Assembly (NCBI GenBank): GCA_031414535.1
Contig: JANNVQ010000021.1
Coordinates: 1-24,879 of the forward strand
Source: Gemmatimonas sp.
Lineage (GTDB): Bacteria > Gemmatimonadota > Gemmatimonadetes > Gemmatimonadales > Gemmatimonadaceae
DNA: 24,879 nt
Direction: 5' to 3'
Program-made: the position numbers and the translations under genes
Shown: piece by piece, positions 1 through 9,100 of the stretch
Position numbering within the stretch: the stretch's first letter is position 1
Layout of the letters: each line of letters opens with the position of its first letter
The notes under the pieces: model-generated
Database searches by the model: none
What the model was told of the DNA's origin: nothing
The model's input: only the letters and a program-made list of their open reading frames with translations

Positions 1-44
1 ACTGCGGGGCGGCCGAGCGATCGGTTCGCCCCGCAGTCGCTTTC
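1..44 (+). terminator. Probable intrinsic terminator of an upstream gene
   Basis: ACTGCGGGGCG (1-11) pairs perfectly with CGCCCCGCAGT (27-37); inner CCGA/TCGG stem with GCGA (GNRA) loop; followed by only a short T run (41-43). Confidence 0.6.
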
Positions 45-48
45 AGCG

Positions 49-73
49 TCCGTCATCCGTCTTCCGTCCAGTC
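49..73. repeat. Heptamer repeat copy 1: TCCGTCA-TCCGTCT-TCCGTCC-AGTC
   Basis: 25 bp identical to 24692-24716; shorter copy at 1565-1584. Confidence 0.9.
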
Positions 74-97
74 ACGAAGCGCAACAAGTTATGAGCG

Positions 98-1564
98 ATG
101 ACCGACCCCCTCCTGAGCGCCCTCAAATCCGCCACCGCTGGCCTCTACCGCATTGACCGCGAGGTCGGACGCGGCGGTATGGGAGCTGTTTTCCTAGCCC
201 ACGATCTCACGCTGGATCGTGAAGTCGCGATTAAGGTGCTACCGCCTGATTTGGCGATCAACGCTACCCTACGCGAGCGTTTTGTGCGCGAGGCGCGACT
301 GGCTGCCTCACTGTCGCATCCGAACATCGTGCACGTGCACGCGGTAATCGAGCAGGGCGAGGTGCTGGCCATCGTGATGCAGTATGTGGATGGTGAAACG
401 CTTTCCGAACGCGTGGCGCGATCCGGCCCGTACGATGCCGCTGATACGGCGCGATTGCTGCAAGACACCGCTTGGGCACTCGGCTATGCACACGCGCGCG
501 GCATCGTGCACCGTGACGTAAAGCCAGACAACCTGCTCATCGAACGTGGCACTGGCAGGCCGATGATTCTGGATTTTGGCATTGCACGAACGGAGGCCGC
601 CAAGGGTCTGACCGAAGTGGGGCAGTCCATCGGCACGCCGCACTACATGAGCCCCGAGCAGGCGGCGGCCGAAGAAGTGGATGGTCGTAGCGATCTCTAC
701 TCTCTCGGCTGCGTTGGCTTCTTCGCCGCCACGGGTCAGACGCCCTTCGTGGCCGAGTCGGCGCACCGCCTGCTGATGCTCCACCTCACGCAGCCGGCAC
801 CAGAGGTGACGGACCTCCGTTCCGAGTTTCCCCGCCCACTAGCCGAGGTGATTGGCCGCGCCCTCAATAAGGACCGCACCGATCGCTTTGACTCCGGCGA
901 AGCGATGGCCGAGGCGATTGGAGCACTCGACATTCGCACCCGCGAAGTGGCCCCGCTCCTCAGGCTCTTTCACCAGCAGACGGCGCAGTCGCTTCAAGCG
1001 GTGTTGACGATGAGCGCCGTCTTTGCCGCGCTCTGGACCTTTTCGCCTCGTCAGGATGACGTGATGCGGGCATTCATTCTCGTGCTCTTCTTCACGATGG
1101 CCATGACGATACTCGGCCAGGCGTTCGATCGCGCGCGCTTCGTGGTCCGCCAAGGGTTCACGGCGCCGGACGTGCGGGCCGCCGTTGACGCCGTAGAGGA
1201 TGAAACGGTTCGCGCCCGTGAGCAGCTGCTCTCCGATCCCGTGGAGCGCGCGCGCCTGATGCGACGTAAGCGCATCGCCTTCTTCTCGGGACTATTCGGT
1301 GGGCTCAGCCAGCCGCTGGCAATCAAGATGTTCGTTGAGGCACGGGAAGATGGCGTTCGTCAGGTGCAAACGATTGGCATCATCATCGTGCTGGCCGGTG
1401 CGGTTGCCATCGGAACTGCGATTGCACTCTGGGCCATGCGTCCAGTGCGCATCACGCTGGCGCAGCGTCTGGCAGCGAAGTTCCTGAAGAGCGGAATCAG
1501 CCGTGCGCTGTTCGCGCGTGCGGAGCGGCTTTACGGACGTGAATTGTCGAGGTCTAAGCGGTGA
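98..1564 (+). CDS. Hanks-type Ser/Thr protein kinase with C-terminal multi-pass membrane region
   Basis: GRGGMGAV, VAIK, HRDVKPDN, DFG, GTPHYMSPE and DLYSLG motifs; about 4 hydrophobic segments in the C-terminal part. Confidence 0.95.
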   Translation: MTDPLLSALKSATAGLYRIDREVGRGGMGAVFLAHDLTLDREVAIKVLPPDLAINATLRERFVREARLAASLSHPNIVHVHAVIEQGEVLAIVMQYVDGETLSERVARSGPYDAADTARLLQDTAWALGYAHARGIVHRDVKPDNLLIERGTGRPMILDFGIARTEAAKGLTEVGQSIGTPHYMSPEQAAAEEVDGRSDLYSLGCVGFFAATGQTPFVAESAHRLLMLHLTQPAPEVTDLRSEFPRPLAEVIGRALNKDRTDRFDSGEAMAEAIGALDIRTREVAPLLRLFHQQTAQSLQAVLTMSAVFAALWTFSPRQDDVMRAFILVLFFTMAMTILGQAFDRARFVVRQGFTAPDVRAAVDAVEDETVRAREQLLSDPVERARLMRRKRIAFFSGLFGGLSQPLAIKMFVEAREDGVRQVQTIGIIIVLAGAVAIGTAIALWAMRPVRITLAQRLAAKFLKSGISRALFARAERLYGRELSRSKR

Positions 1565-1584
1565 GCTTCCGTCATCCGTCCAGT
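1565..1584. repeat. Heptamer repeat copy 2: GCT-TCCGTCA-TCCGTCC-AGT
   Basis: Spans the 7-bp gap between the convergent kinase and mutY genes and the last mutY codons; same units and AGT end as the other copies, with one unit fewer. Confidence 0.8.
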
Positions 1585-2333
1585 TCTACGCTCCGACATA
1601 TCCCCCGCACCGGGCAGCGAACACACCGCTTCACTCTCGCTGTGCACACCAGTGCGCCGAGCTCCATCAACGCTTGGTTGTGCGTCCATGTCGCCTTGCC
1701 TGTGCGCGGTAGTGTAGCCTCGGCGATAGTCCACAGTACTGTGAGATCCCGCGGACGCTTGGGGTTGAGCTTGGGTGCAAACACACGGGCAAGCACACGC
1801 GCCACGTTGGTGTCCACAAGCGAAGCGCGCTTTTCAAAGGCGAACGTCGAGACCGCGCCCGCCGTGTATGCACCGATGCCGGGCAGGCGGCGCAACTTCT
1901 CGGCGCTGGACGGCAGGAGCGACGGCGAGCCATCGGCGGCGGGCTCGAGTAGCGCGTTGGGCGCATCGCCCCATGCCACGGCACCCTCTCGTACCACCGC
2001 ACGTGAGAGTTTGTGCAGGTTGCGTGCACGCGCGTAGTAGCCGAGGCCCCGCCACTGCCCGAGTACCTGCTTCTCACTCGCGCTGGCCAAGTGCGGCAAC
2101 GACGGGAAGCGCTCGAGAAAGCGATGCCAGAAGTCGAGCACCCGACTCACCTGTGTCTGCTGAAGCATCAACTCGCTGACGAGAATCGCGTAAGGATCCC
2201 GTGTGCGGCGCCACGGCAGGTCTCGTGCATTGCGACGGTACCAGGCACGTAAACGCCGGCCGAATGTTTGGAGTTCATCAGCGTCGAGTCGGACTACCTG
2301 ACGCTGACGCTTGCTGCTCAGTGCGGCGCCCAC
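1572..2333 (-). CDS. mutY: A/G-specific adenine glycosylase (MutY family, HhH-GPD), short form without C-terminal NUDIX-like domain; start uncertain
   Basis: RDLPWR, VSELMLQQTQV, WRGLGYYARARNLH, LPGIGAYTA (HhH), VDTNVARV, NQALMELGA and C-x6-C-x2-C-x5-C [4Fe-4S] motif. Confidence 0.9.
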   Translation of the reverse strand: MGAALSSKRQRQVVRLDADELQTFGRRLRAWYRRNARDLPWRRTRDPYAILVSELMLQQTQVSRVLDFWHRFLERFPSLPHLASASEKQVLGQWRGLGYYARARNLHKLSRAVVREGAVAWGDAPNALLEPAADGSPSLLPSSAEKLRRLPGIGAYTAGAVSTFAFEKRASLVDTNVARVLARVFAPKLNPKRPRDLTVLWTIAEATLPRTGKATWTHNQALMELGALVCTARVKRCVRCPVRGICRSVELDG

Positions 2334-2959
2334 GCGGGCACGGCCGAGAAGAGCCCGCCGTCCACCACGAGTTCACGCGCTAGCAAGAGGCCGAACACGA
2401 TGCTGAGCGCGCCTGCCGTCATCCGCACGCCCACGCGCATCCGCACCACACGCTCGCCGACGAACAGCGAGGGGACCGCGAGTAATGCGGTGACGATCAT
2501 CATGCCCAGTACGGTGCCCAAGCCGAACATCAGGAGGTACATCGCTGCTTGTAACGGCGTGCGAATCGTCGCGAGCACGAGCAGGGCCACAGCCGCGGAG
2601 CCCGCGAGTCCGTGCACGATGCCAATCAAGAACGGCCGCGAGAGCTTTGGCGCGGCGTCCACGTTGCGCTGGCGAATGTTCGAGAAACCCAAACCAACCA
2701 ACATCAGCGCCACGCCAAATTCGAGACCCAATCCGACTCGCGGGGGAATCACAATCCGAAACGCGATGATCGCACCGCCCAGCAAAATCAGCGTCAGCGT
2801 GTGGCCAATGCCCCAGACCGCGCCAACCCAAGCCGCGCGCGCCAGCGATTTCTCGCGCGCAACAATTGTTGTTACGGCCACCACGTGATCCGCATCAGTG
2901 GCGTGACGAAGGCCCAGCAATACGCCGAGCAGGATCGGGGTCAGAGTCTCAAATTGCAC
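2318..2959 (-). CDS. Nickel/cobalt permease, UreH-like member of the NiCoT-related superfamily
   Basis: GLRHATDADH, GIGHT and GIVHGLAGS motifs; about 6 hydrophobic helices in 213 aa. Confidence 0.85.
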   Translation of the reverse strand: MQFETLTPILLGVLLGLRHATDADHVVAVTTIVAREKSLARAAWVGAVWGIGHTLTLILLGGAIIAFRIVIPPRVGLGLEFGVALMLVGLGFSNIRQRNVDAAPKLSRPFLIGIVHGLAGSAAVALLVLATIRTPLQAAMYLLMFGLGTVLGMMIVTALLAVPSLFVGERVVRMRVGVRMTAGALSIVFGLLLARELVVDGGLFSAVPAWAPH

Positions 2960-2971
2960 AGCGGGAATCTA
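2960..2971 (-). promoter_or_regulatory. Putative leaderless -10 box (TAGATT-N6-GTG) overlapping the tetR stop codon
   Basis: Minus strand reads TAGATT CCCGCT GTG; no Shine-Dalgarno visible. Confidence 0.45.
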
Positions 2972-3622
2972 GCGGGCTGCAATCCCGAAGCGTGTGTCGT
3001 AGTCGCCGAAATGCGCCACCATCATTCGATGTGCTTCCGCGATGGCCAGCGCACGGAAGTCCGCGGGCAATCGGCTCGCAAGATCCACCACCGCGTGCAC
3101 CGTGGCCACGGAAATCATTGCCGACGCCGCGCGCTCGCCTTCGGGCATCGATGGATACCGAAGCGCGAGAAACTGCCCCACGTGTCCCACGAGTGCCTGG
3201 TTTAATGCATCGTTGATCGCCGGGCAGTTCTTCTGCACCGAGAGATGCACAGCATCAAAGGCCGGAGTGCGTTCAATGAACCGCACCTGCGCTTTCAAGA
3301 TGCGATCAAACAGCTCATCCGCCGGTAGGTGCACCATCTCCAACGGCATCGCCTGCTGGTTGGTCTCGCGCACGGCGTCGGCATAACGCGCGCCGAGCGC
3401 CTCGACAATCGCGTCCTTGTTGGGAAAGAAGTGGTAAAGCGAGCCCATCGAGGCCGCAGCCCGGTCCGCAATCATCTGCATTGTGGCCCCGCCCACGCCC
3501 TGCTCCACAAAAACCTGCTCGGCGGCATCGAGAATCTGGTCCACGCGGCGCTGCCCACGCTCCTGCTGAGGGGCGCGGGTTAAACGGTCCTTGGGCTCGA
3601 CTTCAGAGGCTGGCGTTTGCAT
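2969..3622 (-). CDS. TetR/AcrR family transcriptional regulator
   Basis: PQQERGQRRVDQILDAA...TMQMIADRAAASMGSLYHFFPNK helix-turn-helix; divergent from an efflux operon. Confidence 0.95.
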   Translation of the reverse strand: MQTPASEVEPKDRLTRAPQQERGQRRVDQILDAAEQVFVEQGVGGATMQMIADRAAASMGSLYHFFPNKDAIVEALGARYADAVRETNQQAMPLEMVHLPADELFDRILKAQVRFIERTPAFDAVHLSVQKNCPAINDALNQALVGHVGQFLALRYPSMPEGERAASAMISVATVHAVVDLASRLPADFRALAIAEAHRMMVAHFGDYDTRFGIAAR

Positions 3623-3634
3623 GTGCTTACAAAA

Positions 3635-3709
3635 TAGAGGTTTACCTCCACTATTGACAAGTAGTGGAAACCCTCTAATTATTGTGGCAGTACTAGAGCG
3701 TTCTCTCTA
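3635..3709. promoter_or_regulatory. Three 16-bp palindromic operator-like sites, consensus TAGAGG-N4-CCTCTA
   Basis: TAGAGGTTTACCTCCA (3635-3650), TAGTGGAAACCCTCTA (3662-3677) and TAGAGCGTTCTCTCTA (3694-3709) in the AT-rich tetR/tolC intergenic region. Confidence 0.75.
3654..3682 (+). promoter_or_regulatory. Sigma70-type promoter of the efflux operon
   Basis: TTGACA (3654-3659), 17-bp spacer, AATTAT (3677-3682, 4/6 match to TATAAT). Confidence 0.6.
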
Positions 3710-3747
3710 GAAGAGTTTTTCTGCCCCAACCCATCATCCGAACGTTT

Positions 3748-5097
3748 ATGGCCCGCTGGATCAGACTCCTCTCATTCTTGCTCCCGGCGGCGCCGGCTGC
3801 AGTACTCGGCGCGCAGGGTCCGCTCGATGAGTACGTGCGCGAGGGACTGCAGCAGAACCTCGCCATCCGCCAACAGGCGCTGCAGGTGCAACGTTCTGAG
3901 GCGGCGCTCCGCGAGGCCCGCGGCAATTTCCTGCCGAGCGCGACGCTCAACGCGCGCTACACCAACGTGAGCGGACAGGTGGTGAACCTCGGCGAGCTGA
4001 TTAACCCAGCCTTCGCGGCGCTGAATGGGCTGCTTGGTTCGCCGCAGTTCCCAACGAACATTGACCTGCGCCTTCCGCTCAAGCAGGAGACGGCGGTTCG
4101 TGTGGCGCAGCCAATCTTCCAAGCGGAGATCTACTCCGGGTATCGCGCGGCCTCGGCGGCGCGCCAAGCACAGACCGCGTCGTTTGGCGCGGCCGAGCGC
4201 CAACTCGCCTCGGAGATCCGCGCCGGCTATGTGAATCACGCCAAGGCTCTACGACTCGCCGAGCTGCGGGCAGCCACGCGCGTCGTGTTGGAAGATCAGG
4301 TGCGGGTGATGTCGCGCCTAGTGGAGGCCGGGCGCGCCACGCCCGATGCGCTCTCGCGCGCGCGGGCCGAGTTGAGCGAGGCACAGCAGCGTGAGGCCGA
4401 AGCCGCCCAGCTCGCCGATGCCACGCGGCAGAGCTTCAACATGATGATTGGCCGTAACATCTCCGATTCCGTAACGATGCTGCCCGAAGAATCGCTCGGA
4501 CTAGATGCACTGCCGACCCTCGATGCTGCGTTAGTCTCTGGACTCGAAGGCCGCGAGGAACTCGAAGCACTCGCGGCAGGGAAGCGCGCCGCCGATGCTC
4601 AGAGTGCCGTGGCGCGTGGATCCTACTTGCCCAATCTCGCCGTCGCGCTCGACTACGGCGTGCAGGGTAACGAGTACCGCTTCAATCGCGATGCCGACTT
4701 CGCGCTCGTGAGCGTAGTGGCCTCGTGGAATCTCTTTAACGGTGGCCGCGATGCCGCGCGCGTGCAAGCCGCCAAGCTCGAAGCCGAGCGCTACTCGTTG
4801 CAGGGCCAAGACGCGCGGCGCGGAGTGGAACTTCAAGTCCGGCTCGCCTGGCAGGCCGCCGCGGTTGCAAAGCAGGCCATCGAGACGGCCGCTGCGCAGG
4901 ACGAGGCCGCCTCGCGCACCTATCAGCTCGTCAGAAGACGCGCCGAGGAAGGTTTGGCCTCGCCGCTCGAGCTGAGCGAAGCGCGCGTGGCGCGCACCGC
5001 CGCGCAACTCAACGCTGTCTTTACCACCTACGACTACTATCTGCGTCGCGTCGAGCTCGATCGCGCGGCTGCTCTCTACCCGAGGACCCGGCCGTGA
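3748..5097 (+). CDS. TolC-family outer membrane efflux protein
   Basis: Signal peptide ending VLGA|Q; duplicated OEP halves (GNFLPSATLNARY, GSYLPNLAVALDY, SWNLFNGG, GLASPLEL). Confidence 0.92.
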   Translation: MARWIRLLSFLLPAAPAAVLGAQGPLDEYVREGLQQNLAIRQQALQVQRSEAALREARGNFLPSATLNARYTNVSGQVVNLGELINPAFAALNGLLGSPQFPTNIDLRLPLKQETAVRVAQPIFQAEIYSGYRAASAARQAQTASFGAAERQLASEIRAGYVNHAKALRLAELRAATRVVLEDQVRVMSRLVEAGRATPDALSRARAELSEAQQREAEAAQLADATRQSFNMMIGRNISDSVTMLPEESLGLDALPTLDAALVSGLEGREELEALAAGKRAADAQSAVARGSYLPNLAVALDYGVQGNEYRFNRDADFALVSVVASWNLFNGGRDAARVQAAKLEAERYSLQGQDARRGVELQVRLAWQAAAVAKQAIETAAAQDEAASRTYQLVRRRAEEGLASPLELSEARVARTAAQLNAVFTTYDYYLRRVELDRAAALYPRTRP

Positions 5098-6137
5098 ACG
5101 CTCATCATTCTTTGCTCGCCTTTTCACTCCTGCTCGCAGCCTGCGTTGGCGAGGAGGCGCCAGCCGCCGAGGAACGCGCGGCCATCCCCGTGCGCGTCGT
5201 GGCCCCGAGCTACCGAAACACCGAGCCCGACATCGCGCTCACCGGCATACTAGGCGCCAAGGAAGAGATTCCGCTTGGATTTAAGATCGGTGGCGTCGTC
5301 GCCAGCGTCACCGTGGATGCCGGTGACCGCGTCAGCGAGGGCCAGTTGCTCGCCGCGCTCTCGCTCACGGAAATTGAATCGTCCGTGTCTGCCGCGCGTG
5401 AGAGACGAGACAAGACCCGTCGTGACCTCGCGCGCGTGGAGAATCTCCAGCGCGACTCCGTAGCGACACTCTCGCAGTTGGAGGACGCGCGCACGGACCT
5501 GCAGGTGGCGGAGGCTCAGCTGCGCGCGGCGGAGTTCAATCGCCAGTACGCCGAGGTACGTGCTCCGGCATCAGGCACAGTGTTGCGTCGTCAGGTAGAG
5601 GCGGGGCAGTTGGTGGGTCCGGGTGCGCCCGTGTTCGTGTTGCGCGTGGATCGCAACGGCCTCGTATTGCGCGTCGGTGCTGCCGATCGCGAAGCCGTGC
5701 GGCTCAGTGAGGGCATGGCGGCCAGCGTAAACTTTGACGCGTATCCGGGTGTGCGCTTTAGTGGCCGTGTGGCACGCGTAGGAGTAGCGGCATCGCCGAT
5801 GACCGGTACGTATGAAGTCGAGATTGAAGTGGAGCAGGGCTCACGCCGCCTCTCGTCCGGCTTGATTGGCCGCGCTTCCGTAACGCCGCGCTCTGCGGCA
5901 GCGCAGGCGACCCTGCCTGCCGAAGCTCTGCTCGAGGTAGACGGCCGTGAGGCCAGCATCTACGTGCTGACGGCCGACGGCACCCACGCCGAGCGCCGAC
6001 GCGTGAGCGTGCTCTGGCTGGATGGCGGCGTGGCGGCGGTTACCGGGGTAGACAGCACCGCCAAAGTCGTCACCGCCGGCGCAACTCGGCTCGCGGAAGG
6101 CACACGCGTGCGCGTGGTCGTCGAGGGCACCCCGTGA
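5094..6137 (+). CDS. RND efflux periplasmic adaptor (membrane fusion protein), lipoprotein
   Basis: Lipobox LLAAC; lipoyl-like halves (GGVVASVTVDAGDRVSEGQLLA, VRAPASGTV...VEAGQLV); GTGA overlap with the tolC-like gene. Confidence 0.93.
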   Translation: MNAHHSLLAFSLLLAACVGEEAPAAEERAAIPVRVVAPSYRNTEPDIALTGILGAKEEIPLGFKIGGVVASVTVDAGDRVSEGQLLAALSLTEIESSVSAARERRDKTRRDLARVENLQRDSVATLSQLEDARTDLQVAEAQLRAAEFNRQYAEVRAPASGTVLRRQVEAGQLVGPGAPVFVLRVDRNGLVLRVGAADREAVRLSEGMAASVNFDAYPGVRFSGRVARVGVAASPMTGTYEVEIEVEQGSRRLSSGLIGRASVTPRSAAAQATLPAEALLEVDGREASIYVLTADGTHAERRRVSVLWLDGGVAAVTGVDSTAKVVTAGATRLAEGTRVRVVVEGTP

Positions 6138-9100
6138 ACATCGTCGGCTTCAGTGTTCGCAACCGGCAGTTCATGCTGGTGGCCTTTATTGCGATGCTAG
6201 CGATGGGCGCGTTCTCGATGCTCACCATCCCGCGGGCCGAAGATCCGACGTTCCCGATCCCGATTTATCCCATCATTGCGGTGTATCCGGGGGCGTCACC
6301 GACGGATATGGAGCAGTTGGTGGTGGACCCCATCGAGGACCGCGTCCGTGCGCTCGAAGGCCTCAAGGACGTCAAATCCACCATCGAAGATGGGCTGGCG
6401 GTCATCATACCAGAGTTCGAAGTCTCCGTTGATGCGGACCGCAAGTACGATGAGATCCTTCGCGAGGTGAATGCGCTACGCAGCGAGTTGCCGAATGACT
6501 TGGCGCTACTCCAAGTACAGCGCATCAACGCTTCAGACGTGAACATCGCGCAGTTCGCGCTGGTCTCCGAGACGACGCCATACCATGAACTCGACAAAGC
6601 CGCGCGCAAGCTGCGCGACGACTTGGCGCGTTTGCCCGGTGTGAAGAAGGCCGAGGTCTGGGGCTACCCGCGCCGCGAAGCTCGCGTCTCATTGGATGCC
6701 GGCCGTCTTGCCGAGCTCGGCATTCCCCTTGCGCGAGTGCTGCAGGCAATCGGGGGCGAGAGCCTCAACATCCCCGGCGGCTCTGCCGATGCCGGAAACC
6801 GGCGCTTCAACGTGAAGACCAGTGGCGGATACCGCTCGCTCGAGCAGATTCGCAGCACCGTCATCGCGGGCGTGCCTGGGTCCACTGTGCGCCTCGGCGA
6901 CGTCGCCGATGTCGCGTGGGATTACGAGGACGCGACTAGCACTGCGCGGCTCAACGGCGCGCGCGCGGTGTGGATCACGGCCGCTATGCAGGAGAACCAG
7001 AACATCATGGCCGTGCGCGACGGCCTGTGGTCCACGGCAGATCGCTTTGAGGCGTCGCTGCCTGCATCCATCTCGCTACAACGTCCCTTCGATCAGTCCA
7101 AGAACGTCGAGGCGCGGCTCTCGCGGCTCGGTCTGGATTTCCTCATTGCTATCGCGCTGGTGATTCTCACCTTGTTGCCGCTGGGCTTTCGTGCGTCAGG
7201 CATCGTGATGGTTTCCATCCCGTTGTCCTTGGCCATTGGCGTGACGCTGCTCAAGGTGTTCGGCTACACCATCAATCAGCTATCAATCGTTGGCTTCGTG
7301 ATTGCGCTGGGTCTTCTGGTGGACGACTCCATCGTCGTGGTGGAGAACATCGCCCGCTGGCTTCGCGAGGGCTACAGCCGCACGAGCGCAGCTATCAAGG
7401 CCACGAATCAGATTCTCATCGCTGTCATTGGCACGACGGCCACACTGGTGTTCGCCTTCTTGCCTGTGTTGATGCTCCCGGGCACTGCGGGCAAGTTCAT
7501 CCGCTCGCTGCCTGCGGCGGTGGTCTTCACCATCATTGCCTCCCTGTTGGTGTCGGTAACCATCATTCCCTTTCTCTCCGCCATATTCCTGAAAGAGGAG
7601 AAGGACGAGCACGGCAACATCTTCATGCGTGCGCTTAACCGCGGCATTGATGCCACGTATGGCAAGTTGTTGCACCGCGCGCTGGCCTGGCCACGGCGCA
7701 CCCTGTGGATTGCGCTGGTGCTATTCGTCGCTACGCTGGGGCTGATTCCCAGCATCGGCTTCTCGCTGTTCCCCAAGGCCGGCACGCCGCAGTTCCTCGT
7801 GACGGTGAACGCGCCCGAGGGTTCGTCGCTTGGCCTGGTAGACTCCGCTGTTGCATTCGCCGAGCGGGCGGTTCTCAAGCGCGAGGCCGTTAAGCACGTC
7901 TATGCGAATGTCGGGCGTGGCAATCCCAAGATCTATTACAACATTCAGTCACTCGCCGAGCGTTCCACGCGCGGTGAGCTGTTCGTGCTGGTGGATGAGT
8001 ACGACTCAAAGCGGACTCCGGCTCTTTTGGATTCGTTGCGTGCAGAGTTCGACCAGTACCCAGCGGCGCGCATTCAGGTGACGGAGTTCGAAAACGGTCC
8101 GCCAATTGACGCGCCCATTGCCATGCGCGTGACTGGTGACAACCTCGACTCCCTGCGGGCGGTAGCGTCGCGCGTGGAAGCAGTGCTGGAATCGGTGGTG
8201 GGTACCCGAGACGTGGTGAATCCATTGCGCGTGGCCCGTACCGACCTTCGCCTGCGCACCGATCGCGCCAAGGCCGGCCTCTACGGAGTGCCAACGGCGG
8301 AAGTGGACCGCGCGGTACGCTTTGGGCTGGCGGGTCTTACCGCTGGCCGCGTGCGCGACACCGACGGCGAAGAGTACGACGTGACGCTTCGCTTGCCTGG
8401 ACCTACGCGGCAGGGGCCGGAGGCGCTGGACCGCATCTATGCCGGCTCAGTCACCGGTGCGCAGGTGCCCGTGCGTCAACTCGCGTCGATGGAGTTTGAG
8501 ACTTCTGCACCGGTGATTCAACACTATGATGGAGAGCGTGCGGTCACCGTCACCTCGCAAGTACGGACGGGGTTCAACACGGACCGCGTCACGCGCGAAG
8601 TGCTGGCGGTGCTCGACACACTCGCCTTGCCCGAAAGCTACCGCATCACGGCCGCCGGTGAGATCGAGAGTCGGCAAGAGAGCTTCGGCGGCCTCGGCGC
8701 GGCGATTCTCGTTGCCGTGTTCGGCATCCTCGCTATTCTGATTCTTGAGTTCAAGACATTCCGCGGCATGCTCATCGTGAGCTCGGTGATTCCGCTGGGC
8801 GTCATCGGCGGACTCGTCGCGCTCTGGGTCACGGGCTACACCTTGAGCTTTAGCTCAGTGATTGGCTTCGTCGCCCTGATTGGCATTGAGATTAAGAGTT
8901 CGATTCTCCTGGTGGACTTCACCAATCAACTGCGTGGCGAGGGCGTGGAGTTGAGCGAGGCCATCGAGAAGGCTGGCAAGATTCGCTTCGTGCCGATCGT
9001 GCTCACGTCAATGACTGCCATCGGCGGCCTCATTCCATTGGCGATTCAGGGCAGCTCGCTCTACTCGCCGCTTGCGATTGTCATCATCGGCGGTCTAGTC

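Noticed and set aside
49..73. Heptamer repeats as a CRISPR array
   Set aside because: No regular repeat-spacer structure and no cas genes.
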